From an uncultured delta proteobacterium (GTDB lineage: Bacteria > Myxococcota_A > Polyangia > Fen-1088), in the NCBI GenBank assembly GCA_963767925.1, contig CAVYGB010000002.1, positions 32,001 through 96,000 of the forward strand: a stretch of DNA of 64,000 bases, in the 5' to 3' direction. The notes beneath the pieces were generated by a model. That model had not been told where the DNA came from. It did not search any database and saw nothing but the letters and a program-made list of their open reading frames with translations. Numbering within the stretch: position 1 is the first letter of the stretch; each line of letters opens with the position of its first letter. The position numbers and the translations under genes were made by a program. This document shows, piece after piece, positions 38,538-48,573 of the stretch.

Positions 38538-40142
38538 TCAGGGACCGGTGTCGGGCTCGGTGGCGGGGGCGTCGGGGGGGGGTGGTGTCGGGGGCGGCGT
38601 CGGGGAGGGCGGCGTCGTTGAAGGGGGCGTCGGCGCCGCCGTCGGGGAGGGGGGCGCGGCCTGGCCGGTCACCGTGACGTCGTCGAACAGGCCGGTGGCG
38701 ACCCGGTTCTGATCGTGGGCGGTGACGGCGAGGCCGACGTAGACCACCTCGGGCAGGGCCAGGGCCTGCCGAGCGACGAGGAACCACTGGTTGTTGGCCA
38801 GCAGGATCGACGCCTCGACGTTGCCCGCCTTGCGCGCCAGGCGCAGCGTCTGGGGCGGCAGGAAGAAGCGCTGGTTGCGGGCGGTGGAGTTCTGGGCGGG
38901 GGCCGGCCGCCACTGGAACGACAGGCCCTGCACGTTGCCGTCGGCCGGATCGATCGGCTTGACCAGCCACATGGTGTTGACGTCCTCGGCCAGCAGCGAA
39001 GCGCGGATCATGAGGCCGGCCTTGGCGTGGGTACTTGTCGCCTCGACGCCAGGGATGCGGGCCGTGATCTCGGCGTCGCCCGCCAGGCGCTGGTAGACGA
39101 ACACGCCGTGATCGGCGCGCGCCCAGATGTCGCGGCCGCCGCCCGAGAGCAGGAAGCGTCCGCTCTGGAAGCGGGCGTCCCCCGGCAGCGGCGTGCCGAT
39201 GTCGTTGACCGACCACTGCGGCGGCACCGGGCCCCCCGCCAGGCCCCCGTCGACGCCGGGCACGCCGGACGAGGCGTCGGGGGGCGCGCCCGCGTCGGGC
39301 GGCGATCCGGCGAACTGGGTCACCCGCACGCTGGCAAACGTGGCGGTCACCTGCTTCATCCCCAGGTCGTCGCGCCCGCTGGCCGCCAGGCCGATGTACA
39401 GCGTGGAGGTGAAGCCGGGCATGGCCTGGGTGGCGAAGTCGATCCAGACCACGCCATCGGGCGAATAGGAGAAGGTCACCTCGAGCCCGATCTTGGTCAG
39501 CTTGACCCAGCCGGGGACCGTCTCCACGCCGGCGCCCGCGGTGGCGGCGGTGCCGCCCTGGTCGGCGCGCCACTGGCCAGCCGCGCCGGTGCCCGGGGTG
39601 ATGAAGGTGCCGGCCCAGGCGGCGGCCGGGTTGACCAGCCCGTCGTCGGCCATCAGCATGACGCCGGCTTTGGCGGCGGGGTTGAGGGCGTCGCCGGCCA
39701 TCGCCCGCACCTGGGCGACGATCTCGCCGTCGCCGGTGAACGGCTGGGCGACGAAGGTGAACCCGAGCGTGTCGTAGATGTCGCGGCCCGAGCCCTCGAC
39801 CGAAAAGGCGCTGTCGGCGAAGTCGGCCGAGCCGCCCCCCTCGGGGTCGCCGACCAGGTAGGCCCGCCAGGGGGCCGGCACGTTGCCCTCGGCGGGCCGC
39901 GGGGCAGGCGCGTCGGGCGAGGCATCCGTCGCGGGCGGCGCATCGACCGCCGCCCCGGGCGCGTCGCCCATCGCCACCCCGGAGTCGGCGGGCGGGGGCG
40001 GCGCCATCCGATCGACCGAGCCGTCGCGACCAGCCACCGGCGCGTCGGGCGTCTTCGTCGTCTCCGCGCCGCCGCAGGCGGCCCACCCCCCGACCCAGGC
40101 CACCAAAACGAGCGAAACAGTGCCACGTTTTCGTGTGGTCAT
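38538..40142 (-). CDS. Lipoprotein with two ConA-like (DUF1349-type) domains
   Basis: Two copies of G.G.DI....F..Q...GD.EI.A...AKAG.M...Y.GLA; WAAC lipobox. Confidence 0.75.
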   Translation of the reverse strand: MTTRKRGTVSLVLVAWVGGWAACGGAETTKTPDAPVAGRDGSVDRMAPPPPADSGVAMGDAPGAAVDAPPATDASPDAPAPRPAEGNVPAPWRAYLVGDPEGGGSADFADSAFSVEGSGRDIYDTLGFTFVAQPFTGDGEIVAQVRAMAGDALNPAAKAGVMLMADDGLVNPAAAWAGTFITPGTGAAGQWRADQGGTAATAGAGVETVPGWVKLTKIGLEVTFSYSPDGVVWIDFATQAMPGFTSTLYIGLAASGRDDLGMKQVTATFASVRVTQFAGSPPDAGAPPDASSGVPGVDGGLAGGPVPPQWSVNDIGTPLPGDARFQSGRFLLSGGGRDIWARADHGVFVYQRLAGDAEITARIPGVEATSTHAKAGLMIRASLLAEDVNTMWLVKPIDPADGNVQGLSFQWRPAPAQNSTARNQRFFLPPQTLRLARKAGNVEASILLANNQWFLVARQALALPEVVYVGLAVTAHDQNRVATGLFDDVTVTGQAAPPSPTAAPTPPSTTPPSPTPPPTPPPPDAPATEPDTGP

Positions 40143-40237
40143 ATTCCATGTGTCGTTCCGCGCTGGAAACAAGTCAACAGGAAACGTCCAGCCCACGAGG
40201 ACGCGGCGGGCCAGCGGCGCCGCGCGACGGCCGGGCC

Positions 40238-41215
40238 TCAGCGGATCGAGGCGGTGATCTCGTAAGAACGGAGGCGGGCGGCGTGATCGTGGATGTGCGA
40301 GGCGACGATCAGCTCGTCGGCGCCCGTGCGCGCCACGAACGCCTCGAGGCCGGCGCGCACCGTGGCGGGCGACCCCACGAACGAGCAGGACAGCGTCTCG
40401 GCGAGGGCGGCCCGCTCGTAGTCGGTCAGCGCGCTCTCGAAGCCCGCCAGCGGCGGGGGCAGCGGGCCAGGGCGACCGCGGCGGAGCTGGACGAACACCT
40501 GCTGCAAGGAGGTGAGCAGGAGGCTGGCCTCCGCGTCGGTGTCGGCGGCGATGACGTTGACCCCCAGCATGAGCAGCGGGCGCGGGTGCTGCGGCGAGGG
40601 CCGGAACTGCCGCCGGTAGATGTCGCTGGCGTGCTCGAGCTGGGCGGGCGCGAAGTGCGAGGCGAAGGCGTAGGGCAGGCCGAGGGCGGCGGCGAGCTGG
40701 GCTCCGAACAGGCTCGAGCCGAGGATCCAGACCGGGACGTCGCTCCCCTGCCCGGGGATGGCCTGCACCGGCGAGTCGGGGCGGGCCGGGCGCAGGTAAC
40801 CCATCAGCTCGACAACCTCGTCGGGGAAGCCGTCGCCGCCGTCGACGTTGCGGCGCAGGGCCCGGGCGGTGCGGGCGTCGGTGCCGGGCGCGCGCCCCAC
40901 CCCCAGCTCGATGCGCCCGGGAAACAGGGCCGCCAGCGTCCCGAACTGCTCGGCGATCACCAGGGGGGCGTGGTTGGGCAACATGATGCCGCCCGACCCG
41001 ACCCGGATCTTGTCGGTGGCGGCGGCGACCTGGCCGATCACGATGGCGGTGGCGGCGCTGGCCACCCCCGGCATGTTGTGGTGCTCGGCGTACCAGACGC
41101 GCTGGTACCCCCAGCGCTCGGCGTGGCGGGCCAGGTCGATCACGTTGCGGAGGGCCTGGCCGGCGTCGCCTCCCTCCACGATGGGCGCCAGATCGAGGAT
41201 GGAGAGGGGGACCAT
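40238..41215 (-). CDS. LLM class flavin-dependent oxidoreductase (luciferase-like)
   Basis: [35 protein letters not shown]. Confidence 0.93.
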   Translation of the reverse strand: MVPLSILDLAPIVEGGDAGQALRNVIDLARHAERWGYQRVWYAEHHNMPGVASAATAIVIGQVAAATDKIRVGSGGIMLPNHAPLVIAEQFGTLAALFPGRIELGVGRAPGTDARTARALRRNVDGGDGFPDEVVELMGYLRPARPDSPVQAIPGQGSDVPVWILGSSLFGAQLAAALGLPYAFASHFAPAQLEHASDIYRRQFRPSPQHPRPLLMLGVNVIAADTDAEASLLLTSLQQVFVQLRRGRPGPLPPPLAGFESALTDYERAALAETLSCSFVGSPATVRAGLEAFVARTGADELIVASHIHDHAARLRSYEITASIR

Positions 41216-41314
41216 CCCGCAAGGATAGGCCCTCGATCGCCGGTTATCACCCCGGATGGCCGCGGAATCCGGGTGGCCAACCGGACGAGGGCGCGGGTAT
41301 CCTGGTCAGAAGGT

Positions 41315-41435
41315 ATGGCTCGGGGATCGGTCCAGCAGCGGTTCAGCGAGGCGCTGGCGGCGATGGTGGCGCAGATCGAGCCGGATCGGTCGATCCTGGC
41401 GGCCATCCTGTGTGGCAGCCTGGCCCACGACACCG
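41315..41435 (+). pseudogene. N-terminal fragment of a nucleotidyltransferase-like protein
   Basis: [40 protein letters not shown] breaks off right after the GS motif. Confidence 0.5.
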
Positions 41436-42332
41436 AGCACCCTCATCAACGAGATCCTCTACAAGGCGCTGTGGAAGCGCCTTGTCGACACCCGCACCTT
41501 GCCCGGCGCCCACGACAGCCTGGTGGGCGCCGAGCAGGTGCACAAGGTGGTCAACATCGACAAGTCGCCCATCGGGCGCAACAGCCGGTCCAACCCCGCC
41601 ACCTACGTGGGCTTTTACGACACCATCCGGGATCTCTTCACGGCGGCGCCGCTGGCGGTCGCGCGCGGCTACAAGGCCGGACGCTTCAGCTTCAACGTCA
41701 AGGGCGGGCGCTGCGAGGAGTGCCAGGGCGAGGGGGTCATCACCACCCAGCTCTACTTCATGCCCGACGTCGAGGTGCTGTGCGCCGCCTGCAAGGGGGC
41801 CCGCTTCAACGCCGAGACCCTGGAGGTCACCCTGCGGGGCAAGACCATCGACGACGTGCTCGGCATGTCGGTCGAGGAGGGGGTGGGCTTTTTCGCCGGC
41901 GAGCCGGCGGTGGGCAAGAAGATCGAGGTGCTCGATCGCCTGGGGCTGGGCTACCTGACCCTCGGGCAGTCCGCCACCACGCTGTCGGGCGGCGAGGCCC
42001 AGCGGATCGAGATCGCCACCGAGATGAGCAAGCTCCAGCGGGCCAAACACACCGTGGACATCCTCGACGAGCCGACCACCGGCCTGCACCTGGCCGACGT
42101 GCAGCGCCTGCTCGGGTCGCTCGCGCACCTGGTGGAGGCGGGCCACTCGGTCCTGCTCATCGAGCACCACCTCGACGTCATCAAGACCGCCGACCACGTC
42201 ATCGACCTGGGACCCGAGGGGGGCCACGCCGGCGGCGAGGTGGTGGTCACCGGCACCCCCGAGCAGGTGGCCGCCTGCGCCCGCTCCCACACCGGTCGCT
42301 TCCTGAAGGCCCACCTGCGGGCCCAACGCTGA
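41436..42332 (+). pseudogene. uvrA: C-terminal fragment of UvrA-family excinuclease ATPase
   Basis: Begins at STLINEILY (mid Walker A); [22 protein letters not shown] zinc finger, [17 protein letters not shown]; no N-terminal part. Confidence 0.8.
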
Positions 42333-42345
42333 AGGAGATCTCCAC

Positions 42346-43881
42346 GTGAAATTCGGCGACGAGCAGATCCTCAACCTGGTCTCGGTCGGCACCATCGAGC
42401 CGCGCGGCGTGCGGCTGTGGGCCCGCACCGAGCGGCCGGGGCGCTTCGTGTTGACGGTGCGGCGCGGGACCGCCGTGCACGCCACGGTCGCCTTCGAGGT
42501 GGCGGCGGACAACCCGCGGGACAACACGGTTGCCCTGCGCTACCCGGAGGACTTCCCCGGCGCCCCGCCGCTGGCCCCCCTGCAGCGCTACAACTTCAAG
42601 GTCGAGTCGGAGTCGGCCGACCTGTTCGTGGGGGCGGGCGACTTCGAGACCGCCCCCGCTGGCCCGCAGGACATGCCCCACACGGTCAGCATCGGGGTCA
42701 TGAGCTGCCACCAGCCCTTCAGCTCGGAGGGGCTGGTCTCCGAGCGCAACATGCGCCTGGTGCAAGGGCTGCCGGCGGCCTTCAAGGGCTACGACATCAA
42801 GCTGCTCATCGCGACCGGCGACCAGATCTACGCCGACGCCCCCGACGAGTTCTCCCTCACCAGCCCGCATTACCTGGCGTCGCGCTGGCCCGAGCGGGGC
42901 CAGCTCCCCGAATGGGACCCGGCCGAGATCCGGGCCGCCTACCAGGAGCGCTACCGCATCGGCTGGAACCAGGCGCCCTGGCTCAAGCTGCTGAGCGCCT
43001 TCCCCAACTACGCCATCCTCGACGACCACGAGGTGTTCGACGACTGGGGGATGCTCCCCGAGCACGAGGGCCCGGCCTACCGCAAGGTCAGCGAGGCCGC
43101 CCGGCTGGCCTACCTCGACTACCAGGGCTCGCGCCAGCTCGCCTGGGGTGAGGGAGCGGCCGCCCCCGCCGCCCTCGACTACCGGTTCCGCTACGGGACG
43201 GTGGCAGGGTTCGCCTTCGATCTGCGCTCGGAGCGGCGGGCCGGTCCCGGGCACCAGGTGACGAGCGCGGCCCAGCGCGCCCGCTTCGAGCACTTCCTGG
43301 CCGAGAGCCGCAGCGCCCAGGTGGTGCTGGTGGTGACCAGCGTCCCGCTGGTGCACATCCCGGAGTGGCTGACCTCCGCCGGGCAGCGCCTGTTCGGCAC
43401 CAGCGTCGACTTCCCCGACCACTGGAGCGCGCCCGCCAACCGGGCCGAGCGGCAGATCCTCCTCGGGATGATCGAGGCCCATTTGAAGCGCCCCGAGACC
43501 CGCCAGCAGAAGCTGATCGTGCTGGGCGGGGACGTCCACGTGGGGGCGGCCTTCGGGCTGACCTTCGTGGGCCCCGATCCGCGCAGGTTCTACGAGCTGA
43601 CCACCAGCGCGGTCAGCAACCGCATCAAGACCTTCGAGGCCGACGCCTCGGTCCTGGGGCCGCGGCTGTTCGAGCTGAGCCCCCGCACGGCGGACGGGCG
43701 GCTCGACGTGCGCCTGCTGCCGGCCGCAGCTGGCTCGGGCCGCCGCAACCCCATCGGCGGGCTCAACGCCGGGGTGATCGAGCTGCGGCGCAACGGCGAC
43801 GCGACGAACGTGCGCTTCAAGCTGCTGGGCTACGGCGACGACCACCAGGTCAACGAGCAGTACCAGAGCGGCTGGCTCTGA
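42346..43881 (+). CDS. PhoD-like alkaline phosphatase family protein
   Basis: MSC, TGDQIYAD, LDDHE, FDLRSER, GGDVH; AAGGAG RBS with GTG start. Confidence 0.85.
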   Translation: MKFGDEQILNLVSVGTIEPRGVRLWARTERPGRFVLTVRRGTAVHATVAFEVAADNPRDNTVALRYPEDFPGAPPLAPLQRYNFKVESESADLFVGAGDFETAPAGPQDMPHTVSIGVMSCHQPFSSEGLVSERNMRLVQGLPAAFKGYDIKLLIATGDQIYADAPDEFSLTSPHYLASRWPERGQLPEWDPAEIRAAYQERYRIGWNQAPWLKLLSAFPNYAILDDHEVFDDWGMLPEHEGPAYRKVSEAARLAYLDYQGSRQLAWGEGAAAPAALDYRFRYGTVAGFAFDLRSERRAGPGHQVTSAAQRARFEHFLAESRSAQVVLVVTSVPLVHIPEWLTSAGQRLFGTSVDFPDHWSAPANRAERQILLGMIEAHLKRPETRQQKLIVLGGDVHVGAAFGLTFVGPDPRRFYELTTSAVSNRIKTFEADASVLGPRLFELSPRTADGRLDVRLLPAAAGSGRRNPIGGLNAGVIELRRNGDATNVRFKLLGYGDDHQVNEQYQSGWL

Positions 43882-44004
43882 TCCGGGGGCCGGGGGGCGA
43901 CACGCGCCCGGGCCGGGCGGCATCGAAAGGTGGTGAAGGGGATCAGCAACCCGGTCGCCGGGACGCGAAGCTTGCGCCGTGGGCGCGGTGGCGTTCTTGG
44001 TAAA

Positions 44005-44020
44005 CTGAACTAAGGTTCAG
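44005..44020. promoter_or_regulatory. LexA (SOS) box, myxobacterial type
   Basis: Perfect palindrome CTGAAC-TAAG-GTTCAG 2 bp before the start of a DNA-repair operon; shares the CTG..GTTCAG arms of the Myxococcus xanthus LexA site. Confidence 0.7.
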
Positions 44021-44022
44021 GC

Positions 44023-45306
44023 ATGGGCGAGGCGCTCCTGTCCGACGGTGTCCGGCGCAAGCTGCGCATCCTCGCCGACGCCGCCAAGTACGACGCCTCC
44101 TGCGCCTCCAGCGGCTCGGCCCGGGCGGGCCGACCGGGGGGCATCGGCAGCGGGGCGGCCGAGGGGATCTGCCACAGCTACACCCCCGACGGGCGCTGCG
44201 TGTCGCTGCTGAAGATCCTGCTCACCAACACCTGCGTCTACGACTGCGTGTTCTGCGTGAACCGGGTCTCGAGCGACGTGCCCCGGGCCCGCTTCACGCC
44301 GGCCGAGGTGGCGGCGCTGACCATGGCGTTTTACCGGCGCAACTACATCGAGGGGCTGTTCCTCAGCTCGGGCGTCGTGCAGAGCCCCGACCGCACCGCC
44401 GAGCAGATGATCGAGGTCGGGCGGCTGCTGCGCGAGGAGGAGCGCTTCGGCGGGTACCTGCACTTCAAGCTGGTCCCGGGGGTCGCGCCCGAGCTCGTCG
44501 ATCGCCTGGGCCGCTACGCCGACCGGCTGAGCGCGAACATCGAGCTGCCCACCCAGGGGGACCTCGACGCGCTGGCGCCCCAGAAGAAGCTGCACGAGGC
44601 CGAGGATGTGATGGGCGAGATCGATCGCCGCCACCGGGAGAGCGCCGGCGAGCAGCGGCGGCCAGCGCGGGGGCTGACCGCCGGGCCCCGCTTCGCCCCG
44701 GCCGGCCAGAGCACGCAGCTCGTCGTCGGGGCCACCGGCAGCGCCGACCGGATCATCCTGCGCACGACGGATCGGCTGTACCGGGCCCACCACCTGCGCC
44801 GGGTGTATTACACCGCCTTTTCGCCCTTCCCCGCCGCCGACCCGCGCCTGCCGATCGCCGCGGCGCCGCTGCTGCGCGAGCACCGCCTGTACCAGGCCGA
44901 CTGGCTGCTGCGGCACTACGGCTTCGGGGTCGAGGAGATCACCACCGGCGCCGACGGGAACCTCGACCTGGCCCGCGATCCCAAGGAGGCCTGGGCCCTG
45001 CAACACCGGGCGCTGTTCCCCCTCGACGTCAACCGGGCCGACCGGGCCGTGCTGCTGCGGGTGCCGGGGCTGGGGCTGCGGGCGGTCGATCGCATCGTGG
45101 CCGCCCGCCGGCACCGGGCGCTGACCCTCGCCGACCTGAAGCGGCTGGGGGTGGTGCTGCGGCGGGCCCGGCACTTCCTTGTCACGGCCGACCCCAACCC
45201 GCACCTGCGGCACCTCGACACCCTGGCGCTCGACCGGCGCCTGCGCGCGCCCCGGCAGCTCTCGCTGTTCGAGGCGAAGGGGAGCGCCCACGACGGAGAG
45301 CTGTGA
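44023..45306 (+). CDS. Putative DNA modification/repair radical SAM protein with HhH motif
   Basis: KYDASCASSG, GICHSYTPDGRC, CVYDCVFC, REHRLYQADWL, LLRVPGLG. Confidence 0.92.
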   Translation: MGEALLSDGVRRKLRILADAAKYDASCASSGSARAGRPGGIGSGAAEGICHSYTPDGRCVSLLKILLTNTCVYDCVFCVNRVSSDVPRARFTPAEVAALTMAFYRRNYIEGLFLSSGVVQSPDRTAEQMIEVGRLLREEERFGGYLHFKLVPGVAPELVDRLGRYADRLSANIELPTQGDLDALAPQKKLHEAEDVMGEIDRRHRESAGEQRRPARGLTAGPRFAPAGQSTQLVVGATGSADRIILRTTDRLYRAHHLRRVYYTAFSPFPAADPRLPIAAAPLLREHRLYQADWLLRHYGFGVEEITTGADGNLDLARDPKEAWALQHRALFPLDVNRADRAVLLRVPGLGLRAVDRIVAARRHRALTLADLKRLGVVLRRARHFLVTADPNPHLRHLDTLALDRRLRAPRQLSLFEAKGSAHDGEL

Positions 45307-46796
45307 GGGCGGTGGGTTTCGTCCCCGACTTCGCCGGCTGGCGCGCGGCCGCCCGCCCGCTGCTGGCGGCGCGGGTGCCGCCGGGGGAGATCCTCTGGCA
45401 ACCCGAGGGGCCGGAGGGGCGGCAGGCGGCGCTGCCGGGGCTGCTCGATCCGGGCCCTGCCCCCTCGCCTTCCCCGCCGGCGGCAGCGCCTGGCGGACCC
45501 CCGCTGTCGATCCCGGCCGCGTTCGTGCGCCTGGGTGAAGACGCCGCCTGCTACCGGGACCACCGGCCCGACGGCGGCGCACGCGCGAGCAGCGGAGAGG
45601 TCGCGGGCAGCCGCTGGGCGCTCCTGTACCGGGTGGCCTTCCGCCTGACCGGCGGGGAGGTAGGCTTGCTGGAGGACGCCGCCGACCCGGACGTCCACCG
45701 CTTGCAGCACCTGGCCCGGTCGGTCAAGCGCGACGCCCACAAGATGCAGGCCTTCGTCCGCTTCCGGCGGGTGGAGCACGCTGACGGCGACTGGTACATC
45801 GCCTGGCACCGCCCCGACCACCACGTCCTGCCCAACGTGGCGCCGTTTTTCGTCGAGCGGTTCAACGGCATGCGCTGGTCGATCCTCACCCCCGACGCCT
45901 CCGCCCACTGGGACGGCCAGCAGCTCCGGTTCGCCGCCGGCGTCCCCGCCCACGCCGCCCCCTCGGACGACGCGCTCGACGACCTGTGGCGCACCTATTA
46001 CGCCGCCATCTTCAACCCCGCCCGGCTCAACCTCACGGCGACCCGGCGCGAGCTGCCGGTGCGCCACTGGCCCACCCTGCCCGAGGCCCGCCTGATCGCC
46101 CCCCTGGCCGCCGAAGCGCAGGCCCGCACCCGAGCGATGGCCGACCCGGCCCTCACCCGGTCCGCCCGGTCGTTCCTGCCCCCCGACCCCGGCGCCAGCC
46201 TGGCCGAGCTCGCCGCCGCCGCCCGCACCTGCCAGGGCTGTCCCCTGTTCGGCCCCGCCACCCAGACCGTGTTCGGCGAGGGCCCCGCCGACGCCCGCAT
46301 CGTGCTTGTCGGCGAGCAGCCCGGCAACGACGAGGACCTCGCCGGCCACCCCTTCGTCGGCCCCGCTGGCGGCGTCCTCGACGAGGCCCTGCGCGAGGCC
46401 GGCCTCGACCGCCGCGCGCTCTACCTCACCAACGCCGTCAAGCACTTCAAGTTCGAGCCGCGCGGCAAGTGGCGCCTGCACCAGCGCCCGCGCGGACGCG
46501 AGGTGCAGGCCTGCAAGCCCTGGGTGCTGGCCGAGCTCGACCGGATCCGCCCCACCGTCCTCGTCGCCCTCGGCGCCACCGCCGCCAGCGCCCTGTTCGG
46601 CCCGGCCGTCAGCCCCACCCGCCACCGCACCCGCCCCCTCCCCAGCCCGCTGGCGCCCATCTGCTTCGTCACCTACCACCCGTCGGCCGCCCTCCGCGCC
46701 GACCCCGCCCACGCCCGCGACCTGCGCGCCGCCCTCACCGCCGACCTCCGCCAGGCCCGGGAGGCCGCAGAGGCACCCGTTCAGCGGGCGCGGTGA
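45303..46796 (+). CDS. DUF4130-UdgX fusion (uracil-DNA binding protein)
   Basis: HKMQAFVRF, WSILTP, YYAAIFNPAR; then CQGC, GEQPG, NAVKHFK..RLHQRP, TYHPS. Confidence 0.9.
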   Translation: MRAVGFVPDFAGWRAAARPLLAARVPPGEILWQPEGPEGRQAALPGLLDPGPAPSPSPPAAAPGGPPLSIPAAFVRLGEDAACYRDHRPDGGARASSGEVAGSRWALLYRVAFRLTGGEVGLLEDAADPDVHRLQHLARSVKRDAHKMQAFVRFRRVEHADGDWYIAWHRPDHHVLPNVAPFFVERFNGMRWSILTPDASAHWDGQQLRFAAGVPAHAAPSDDALDDLWRTYYAAIFNPARLNLTATRRELPVRHWPTLPEARLIAPLAAEAQARTRAMADPALTRSARSFLPPDPGASLAELAAAARTCQGCPLFGPATQTVFGEGPADARIVLVGEQPGNDEDLAGHPFVGPAGGVLDEALREAGLDRRALYLTNAVKHFKFEPRGKWRLHQRPRGREVQACKPWVLAELDRIRPTVLVALGATAASALFGPAVSPTRHRTRPLPSPLAPICFVTYHPSAALRADPAHARDLRAALTADLRQAREAAEAPVQRAR

Positions 46797-46858
46797 ACCG
46801 GCGGCGGTAACACCCGTTCGCGGTCGGGGTTCCCCGTCTCGGCGGACGGGCGGAGCGA

Positions 46859-48373
46859 TCAGGCGGGGGTCGCGGAGAAGCGCTGGGCGATGGCCTGGGC
46901 GCGGTAGGCGAAGACGGCGCGGAGCTGGCTGGCGATGAAGAGGGCCTGGGCGGCGCGGCCGAGGAGGCCGAGCGGGGGGGCGTAGTAGACCCGGTCCTCC
47001 ATGATTGTGTCGGCGCCCTGGGCGGTGAAGTGGTGCTCGTGCCACCAGGAGCGGTAGGGGCCGCGGGTCTGGGCGTCGACGAAAGATCGGTCCGGCTGCC
47101 AGCGCTCGATGATGGTTCGCCAGCGCAGGGGCGCGCCGGCGATGCGGATGGCGTAGTCGATCTGCGCGCCGGGGGTGATCGCGCGGGGGGCTTGCTGGAT
47201 CCGGAAGGACATCGCGGCGGGGGTGATGATGCCGAGGTTCTCGGGGCGCGAGAAGAAGGCGAAGACGTCGGCGATGGGCGCGCCGAGGCGCATCCGGGTG
47301 CGCAGGAGATAGCGCGGCGGGCGCTCGGCGAGGTAGGTGGAGGCGGCCGGCTCGGGGCGGTCGAGACCGTCCGGGGTGAGGCCAGCGCCGGGGGTCGGGC
47401 CAGCGCCGGGGGTCGGGCCAGCGCCGGGGGTGAGTGGGCCGATCTCGACGGCGGCCAGCCGAGCGGTGAGGTCGGCGATGGCGGCGTCGATGGTGGGGAA
47501 GCGGTGCTCGAAGCCCAGGGCGCGCAGGCCACGGGCCTGCAACCGCTGGCTCGCGGTGAGCACCTCGGCGGCCTCCCCGAGGGCGAGGCGCAGGACGGCG
47601 GCGGGGACGCCGAGCCGCAGCGGGTGGCCGCTGGCGCGGGCGATCGCGGCGAGGATGCGGGCGCTGGTGGCCGGCTCGGGGGTCACGATGTCGAGGGGGC
47701 CGCGGTAGCGCGGGTCGACCAGGGCGGTCGCGATCGCCGCCGCCACGTCGTCGATGTGGGCGAAGGGCAGGTAGGCCTCCCCGCTGCCGAGGCGAACGCC
47801 GAGGCCGCGCTCGAACAGGGGCCAGAGGCGGGCGAAGAAGCCGCCGCCCAGGCCCAGCACCACACCGAAGCGGGCGCAGACGACGCGCACGCCGTGCGCC
47901 TCGGCGGCCCGCGCGGCCGCCTCCCAGCGGCGGCAGGTGTCGGCCAGGAAGCCGCTGCCCGGCGGGCTGTGCTCGTCGAGGGGCGCGTCGCCCCGATCGC
48001 CGTAGATCCCGACCGCGCTGGCGTTCACGAGCACGGCCGGGCGGCGGGGGGCGGCCGCGATCGCGGCCACCAGGTCCTCGGTGACGCCGACCCGGCTGTC
48101 GACGATGCGCGCGCGCCGGGCCCGGGTCCAGCGGCCGCCCGCGATCGGCGCGCCGGCGAGGTTCACCACCGCCTGGCAACGCCCGAGCGCCTCGGTGAGG
48201 GCGGCCCGCCCGCCGCGTGCGTCTCCCACCTCGACCTCGGCGCCGAGCGACGACCGGGCCGCCTCCGGCGATCGCGCCCAGGCGAGCACGTTGTGGCCCT
48301 CCCGGAGCAGCCGCAGCACGACGGTCCGACCGATGAACCCGGTAGCCCCCACGACGAGCACGCGCATCGACAT
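46859..48373 (-). CDS. TIGR01777-type NAD-dependent epimerase fused to an SRPBCC domain
   Basis: GATGFIG, NLAGAPI, NASAVGIYG; C-terminal FFSRPENL..GPYRSWWHEHHF. Confidence 0.88.
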   Translation of the reverse strand: MSMRVLVVGATGFIGRTVVLRLLREGHNVLAWARSPEAARSSLGAEVEVGDARGGRAALTEALGRCQAVVNLAGAPIAGGRWTRARRARIVDSRVGVTEDLVAAIAAAPRRPAVLVNASAVGIYGDRGDAPLDEHSPPGSGFLADTCRRWEAAARAAEAHGVRVVCARFGVVLGLGGGFFARLWPLFERGLGVRLGSGEAYLPFAHIDDVAAAIATALVDPRYRGPLDIVTPEPATSARILAAIARASGHPLRLGVPAAVLRLALGEAAEVLTASQRLQARGLRALGFEHRFPTIDAAIADLTARLAAVEIGPLTPGAGPTPGAGPTPGAGLTPDGLDRPEPAASTYLAERPPRYLLRTRMRLGAPIADVFAFFSRPENLGIITPAAMSFRIQQAPRAITPGAQIDYAIRIAGAPLRWRTIIERWQPDRSFVDAQTRGPYRSWWHEHHFTAQGADTIMEDRVYYAPPLGLLGRAAQALFIASQLRAVFAYRAQAIAQRFSATPA

Positions 48374-48573
48374 CTTCACCTCGGATCTTGGATGTCGGCG
48401 GCGTGGGAGCTGTGGCGTCGCCCGGGAGGTCCCCCGACGCCGGCGCCCGGGAGCGGTGGGTCGAGCGCGCCGGGCTCCTCGACCCAGGGCGCGCGGAGGC
48501 GCCCGCCTCCAGCGCGCCGGAAGCGCCGGGCTCCGGCCCGGCCGTTCGCCGATGGAAACGAGCCGAGCGGCGG

